Positions 27,930 to 32,000 of a stretch of 32,000 bases of DNA are shown in pieces. The position numbers and the translations under genes are program-made. The DNA is from Methylorubrum extorquens (GTDB taxonomy: Bacteria; Pseudomonadota; Alphaproteobacteria; Rhizobiales; Beijerinckiaceae), in contig LT962688.1 of the NCBI GenBank assembly GCA_900234795.1, positions 2,070,001-2,102,000 of the forward strand, in the 5' to 3' direction. The notes under the pieces were generated by a model. The model saw only the letters and a list, made by a program, of their open reading frames with translations. It ran no database searches and was not told the origin of the DNA. Each line of letters begins with the position of its first letter. The first letter of the stretch is position 1.

Positions 27930-29312
27930 CTACGCCGCGGCGGCGCGGTCGAGGGTGGCGGCGACGAGGCCGGCCAGTTCCGCCGCCTCGTTGCGGATGT
28001 CGGGCACCGCGGTGCATTCCCAAAGGACGCCGCGTAGGAGCGGCCCGAGGATCCAGAGCGGTCCCCCGCCCTCCCCCGCCGCGGTGCGGACCGCCCGGTA
28101 ATCCACGCCCGCGTCGAGGCCGAGCCCGAACGGGCCGGGACGCACGAGGCCCCGATCGAGCAGCCGCCGCAGCAGCGGGTCGCGGCTCTGCGGGAGATGG
28201 CCGAATCCGGTGGCGTCGATCATCGCCTGAACGGCGAGGCGCTCCGGGCGCTCGGCCCCGCGCAGGCGCAGCGTCACGACCGCCTGCGACGCCTCGTCCT
28301 CGATCGCGATCAGGCGACCGGCCCGCACCGTGAGGGCGCCGCGGGCGATCTCGTCGGCGATGGTCTGCGCGGCGGGTGGGGCGGTGCGGTGGCGGTGCAC
28401 ATCCCAGAACGGCCGCAGGTGGCACTGGAACCGAGCCTGCTCCCGCGGCGGCAGGCTGCGCCAGATCGTATCGGTGAGCGGACGCAGGGCGTCGATGACG
28501 CCATGCCAGCCGACACCCCGTTCCGCGGCCCGCGCGACATCCGAGCGGATGCGGGCGAGGAGCCGCCTCAGGGAGGCGAAGTCGGCCGGCCTCAGGTCCG
28601 GCATGGGCCAGAGGTCGGCGGGGGCGTGGGCGTTCGGCAGCAGGCCGCGGCGCGACAGGGCGAGGATCGCGCCGGTAAAGCCCTGTGCCCGCAGGCTCGC
28701 CACCGCGTCGAGCATGGTGAGGCCGGTTCCGACGATGAGGACCGGCGCATGGGGGTGCAGGCGGCCGAAGCTGTCCGGGGCCCAGGGGTCGAGGCTATGC
28801 CGGCTCTTTGGCGCCGCCGAGGCCAGATTGCCCATGGCGAGTACGGCGCCGCCAACCCGGTGGGTCTGCCCACCCTCGGTGCGCAGCAGGAAGCCGCCGG
28901 CCCGCGGCTCTAGATCAACCACCGCATCGTTGACGAGGCGAAGGCGCGGCACCCCCGGCCCGGTGACGGCCGCGGTCAGCAGGTCGGTGAGATAGCTGCC
29001 GTAATGGCCCCGCGCCACGAAGGTGCCGGCCGACGTCGTCACGACGCCATCGCCGAGATCGGCGCCGGAGAGCCACTCCTCGAAATGGCCCGGCCGGTCG
29101 GGAAAGGCGCTCATGTTGGCGGCGCGCACGTTGAGGAGGTGGGCCGGGTTGCCGGTGCCGTAGGCGAGCCCGCGGGCGAAGCTGCCTCCGCGCTCGCACA
29201 GCAGCACCGGCTGCTCCGGCGGCAGGGCTTCCAGAAGCTGGAGTGCGGCCATGGTGCCGCTGAACCCCGCGCCGATCACCGCGATGGGGGGCAGGCTCGC
29301 CTGACGGGTCAT
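27930..29312 (-). CDS. FAD/NAD(P)-binding oxidoreductase-like protein, 460 aa
   Basis: N-terminal Rossmann dinucleotide motif IAVIGAGFSGTMAALQL, plus a second nucleotide-binding-like segment VLIVGTGLTMLDAV. ATG 29312 is 34 nt after the upstream ssuA-like stop. Confidence 0.75.
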   Translation of the reverse strand: MTRQASLPPIAVIGAGFSGTMAALQLLEALPPEQPVLLCERGGSFARGLAYGTGNPAHLLNVRAANMSAFPDRPGHFEEWLSGADLGDGVVTTSAGTFVARGHYGSYLTDLLTAAVTGPGVPRLRLVNDAVVDLEPRAGGFLLRTEGGQTHRVGGAVLAMGNLASAAPKSRHSLDPWAPDSFGRLHPHAPVLIVGTGLTMLDAVASLRAQGFTGAILALSRRGLLPNAHAPADLWPMPDLRPADFASLRRLLARIRSDVARAAERGVGWHGVIDALRPLTDTIWRSLPPREQARFQCHLRPFWDVHRHRTAPPAAQTIADEIARGALTVRAGRLIAIEDEASQAVVTLRLRGAERPERLAVQAMIDATGFGHLPQSRDPLLRRLLDRGLVRPGPFGLGLDAGVDYRAVRTAAGEGGGPLWILGPLLRGVLWECTAVPDIRNEAAELAGLVAATLDRAAAA

Positions 29313-29346
29313 CGTGTTCGATCCCTTAGCGTGAAACCCCCTCGGG

Positions 29347-30310
29347 TCAGCGTGACGGCAATTCCCAGACCGGCAGCGCGGACGCATCCACGGCGCGCGG
29401 CAACAGGCCCTCGGCGCGGAAGGCGTCGGCGATGGTCTGCTGCTCCGCCAACCCTTCGCGGTTCACCGGTTCGACCCGGTAAGAGCGGCGGGCATTGGCC
29501 TGTTTGACGATCTCGGGCTCGATCTTCCACAGGGCGCCCAGCCGCGTGGCGGCGGCGTCCGGGTTGGCTTTCACCCAAGTCCCGGCCTCGCGCAGCTTGG
29601 TGACGAGCAGGGTCAGCACGTCGGCGCGCTTTTCGGCGTAGGCGTCGGAGGCGAGATAGTAGCGCTTGTAGGCCGAGAGCCCGGTGCCGTCCCGCAGGAT
29701 GCGCGCGCCGGCCTGGATCTGCGCGGCGGAGAGGAACGGGTCCCAGGCCACCCAGGCATCGACGCTGCCGCCGGAAAGCGCGCTGCGCCCGTCGGCCGGG
29801 GTGAGGTAGGCCGGAGTGATGCTCTTGAAGGGCAGCCCCTCCGCCTTCAGCGCGGCGAGCAGCAGGTAGTGGCTGCCGGCGCCCTTGGTGACCGCGACCT
29901 TGCGGCCCTTGAGGTCGGCCACCGTCTTCAGCGGGGGAATCGCCCGGCACCAGGATCGCCTGCGCCTCCGGCGAGGCCGCCTCCTGCGCGATGTAGGTGA
30001 TCTTGGCATTCGCCGCCTGCGCGAAGACCGGCACCGTGTCGGCGACGTCCGCCGAGACGTCGATGCGGCCGACATTCAGCGCCTCCATGATCGGCAGGCC
30101 GCTGGTGAATTCGTGCCAGGACACGATGACGCCGAGCGGCTTCAGGGCCGTTTCCAGGGTCGCGTCCTCGCGCAGCAGCGAGATCAGCGCCGAGGAACGC
30201 TGGTAGCCGATGCGCAGGGTGGATTCCTCCGCCGCGGCCGGGTTGCGACCGAGAGCGAGACTCAGCGTCAGGCCGGCGAGGACGAGGCGGGCGGCGGACC
30301 GGCGGTTCAT
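29347..30310 (-). pseudogene. ssuA: aliphatic sulfonate-family ABC substrate-binding protein (SsuA-like, copy 2) interrupted by a 1-nt insertion in a G5/C5 run (29933-29937)
   Basis: The N-terminal part MNRRSAARLVLAGLTLSLALG...STLRIGYQRSSALISLL...AQAILVPGDSP lies in one frame. The continuation (P)LKTVADLKGRKVAVTKGAGSHYLLLAALKAEGL...DAWVAWDPF... is in track ORF 29347..30075. Length is 964 nt, i.e. 3n+1. Confidence 0.8.
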
Positions 30311-30411
30311 GAGGGCTTTTCGTTTTTTTAGAGGACGCAAACGGGACGGACGCCTCCCCCCGCAAGGAGGGAGGACAGAGCTACGGCGAGGGGCCGGTTG
30401 GGGAAGAGAAA

Positions 30412-31387
30412 TCAGCTTCCGGGCTTGCGCACGGCGCCGGCGATGTCGACCGTCTTCGGCACAAGCTTGAGCCCGTGGAAGGTGTCGGCGATGCGCTGCT
30501 GCTCCTTCGTCACCGCCTCGTCGAGGGGGGCGGATGCCGTAGGTCTGGCGTTTGAGGGCGATGCTCAGGATCGGCGCCGGGATACCGACGGACGGGCTCA
30601 GTTCCTTGGCCACCGCATCGGTGTTGTCCTTGGCCCAGGCATCGACCTCGGCCACCGCCGCGACGATGGCGTCGAGCGCCGGGCCGTTCTCGGCGACGAA
30701 GGACTTGGAGGAGAGATAGAACTGGTGGTTCGGCACGAGGCCGGTGCCGTCGGCCAGCACCCGGGCGTTGCCGCCGGCTTCGGCGGCCGCGAAGTACGGG
30801 TCCCAGATCACCCAGGCATCGATCGCGCCGCGCTCGAACGCCGCCCGCGCATCGGCCGGGGCGAGGTAGACCGGGGTGATGTCGGCGAGCGTCAGGCCCG
30901 CCGCCTCAATGGCGCGCACCAGCAGGTAGTGGACATTCGAGCCCTTGTTCAGCGCGACCTTTTTTCCGCGCAGATCGGCCACCGATTGCACGGCACTGGA
31001 TTTCGGAACCAGGATCGCCTCGCCCTTCGGCGCGGCGGGCTCGTGGGCGACGTAAGCGAGCACGTCGCTCGCGGCCTGGGCGAAAATCGGCGGGGTCTCG
31101 CCCGCCGAGCCGAAATCGACCGCACCCGCATTCAGCGCTTCCATCAGCGGCGGGCCGGAGGGAAACTCCGACCACTGCACCCGGTAGCCCAGCGCCTTCA
31201 GCTTCGGCTCCAGGCTGCCGCGGCCCTTGAGCAAGACCAGCGTGCCGTATTTCTGGTAGCCGATCCGCACCGTGCGCTCCTGCGCGTGTGCCGCCAGCGT
31301 CAGGCTGACGAAGATCAGCGCGGCCAGCGCCAGCCACAGGCGCGGCAGCAGCGAGGATGCGGGAACGGCGCGGGTGCGGGTAAGCAT
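30412..31387 (-). pseudogene. ssuA: aliphatic sulfonate-family ABC substrate-binding protein (SsuA-like, copy 1) interrupted by a 1-nt insertion in a G6/C6 run (30525-30530)
   Basis: MLTRTRAVP...signal peptide...RTVRIGYQKYGTLVLLK...DLRGKKVALNKGSNVHYLLVRAIEAAGL...DAWVIWDPY...LKRQTYGIRP, then the frame is lost. The -1 shifted frame reads LDEAVTKEQQRIADTFHGLKLVPKTVDIAGAVRKPGS and stops at 30414-30412. Length is 976 nt, i.e. 3n+1. Confidence 0.8.
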
Positions 31388-31405
31388 CGGACTAAAAATC
31401 CCCGA

Positions 31406-32000
31406 TCAGTGGGCGCTGACGCGGCGGGTCGGCACGATGTCGTTGGCGATCACCTCGCCGAACGGACCGTTGTTGCGGGCCGTGCTCGGGGCCGTGCCGG
31501 TGGTGGCGCGCAGGGGGAGCTTCGGGAAGACCAGTTCGGCAAAGCGGTAGGCCTCCTCCAGATGCGGGTAGCCGGAGAGGATGAAGCGGTCGATGCCGAG
31601 ATCGATGTACTCCTTCATCCGGTCGGCGACCTGATCGGCCGAGCCGACCAGAGCCGTGCCCGCCCCACCGCGGACGAGGCCGACGCCGGCCCAGAGGTTG
31701 GGCGAGACCACGAGCTTGTTCCGGTCGCCGCCGTGCAGCGCCATCATCCGGCTCTGGCCGACGGAATCCTGGCGCTTCAGGGTCGCCTGCGCCTGGGCGA
31801 TGGTGGCGTCGTCGAGCCGCGAGATCAGCCGGTCTGCCGCCTCCCAGGCCTCGCTCTCGGTCTCGCGCACGATGACGTGCAGGCGGATGCCGTAAGAGAA
31901 GGTCTTGCCCTTTCTCTCGGAGGCCTCGCGGGCCTTGGCGATCTTCTCGGCGACACCGGCCGGGGGCTCGCCCCAGGTGAGGTAGACCTCGCAATGTTCG
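31406..32000 (-). CDS. ssuD: alkanesulfonate monooxygenase (FMNH2-dependent, LLM class), C-terminal ~198 codons; the 5' end is beyond the window
   Basis: Close resemblance to the E. coli SsuD C-terminus: ...[23 protein letters not shown]...[14 protein letters not shown]...[61 protein letters not shown]... The frame stays open to the window edge. Confidence 0.9.
   Translation of the reverse strand, partial: EHCEVYLTWGEPPAGVAEKIAKAREASERKGKTFSYGIRLHVIVRETESEAWEAADRLISRLDDATIAQAQATLKRQDSVGQSRMMALHGGDRNKLVVSPNLWAGVGLVRGGAGTALVGSADQVADRMKEYIDLGIDRFILSGYPHLEEAYRFAELVFPKLPLRATTGTAPSTARNNGPFGEVIANDIVPTRRVSAH

Overview
About 70% GC chromosomal DNA, most likely from an alphaproteobacterium. A Rhizobiales or Methylobacterium-like origin is only my guess from composition and protein flavour. 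I support about 27 protein-coding genes. I found no rRNA, tRNA, CRISPR array, transposase or integrase. Left to right the window holds: adenine deaminase; a lipoprotein; a frameshifted DHA2-type MFS transporter; DoxX; a compact carrier-protein / AMP-ligase / PLP-decarboxylase cassette; a methyl-accepting chemotaxis protein whose 5' end and promoter are strikingly AT-rich; an aldehyde dehydrogenase; a serine hydrolase with a duplicated C-terminal domain; a secreted repeat protein; a Bcr/CflA MFS pump; a divergent SDR-TetR pair; a tightly coupled three-gene transglutaminase / amidoligase / ATP-grasp-alpha-E operon with a divergent zinc-ribbon HEXXH peptidase; a DUF2147 protein; a small four-cysteine protein; and the distal part of a sulfonate (ssu) locus (ssuD partial, two tandem frameshifted ssuA paralogues, and a FAD/NAD(P)-binding protein). 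The best candidates for under-described biology are the transglutaminase/amidoligase/ATP-grasp module with its peptidase (18.2-26.4 kb) and the orphan carrier-protein/ligase/decarboxylase cassette (5.4-8.6 kb). Three genes carry single-base insertions in homopolymer runs, which looks more like consensus error than decay. Many very long ORFs in the track are antisense artefacts of high GC or chimeras of adjacent genes. All domain assignments come from motif recognition by eye and need HMM or BLAST confirmation.
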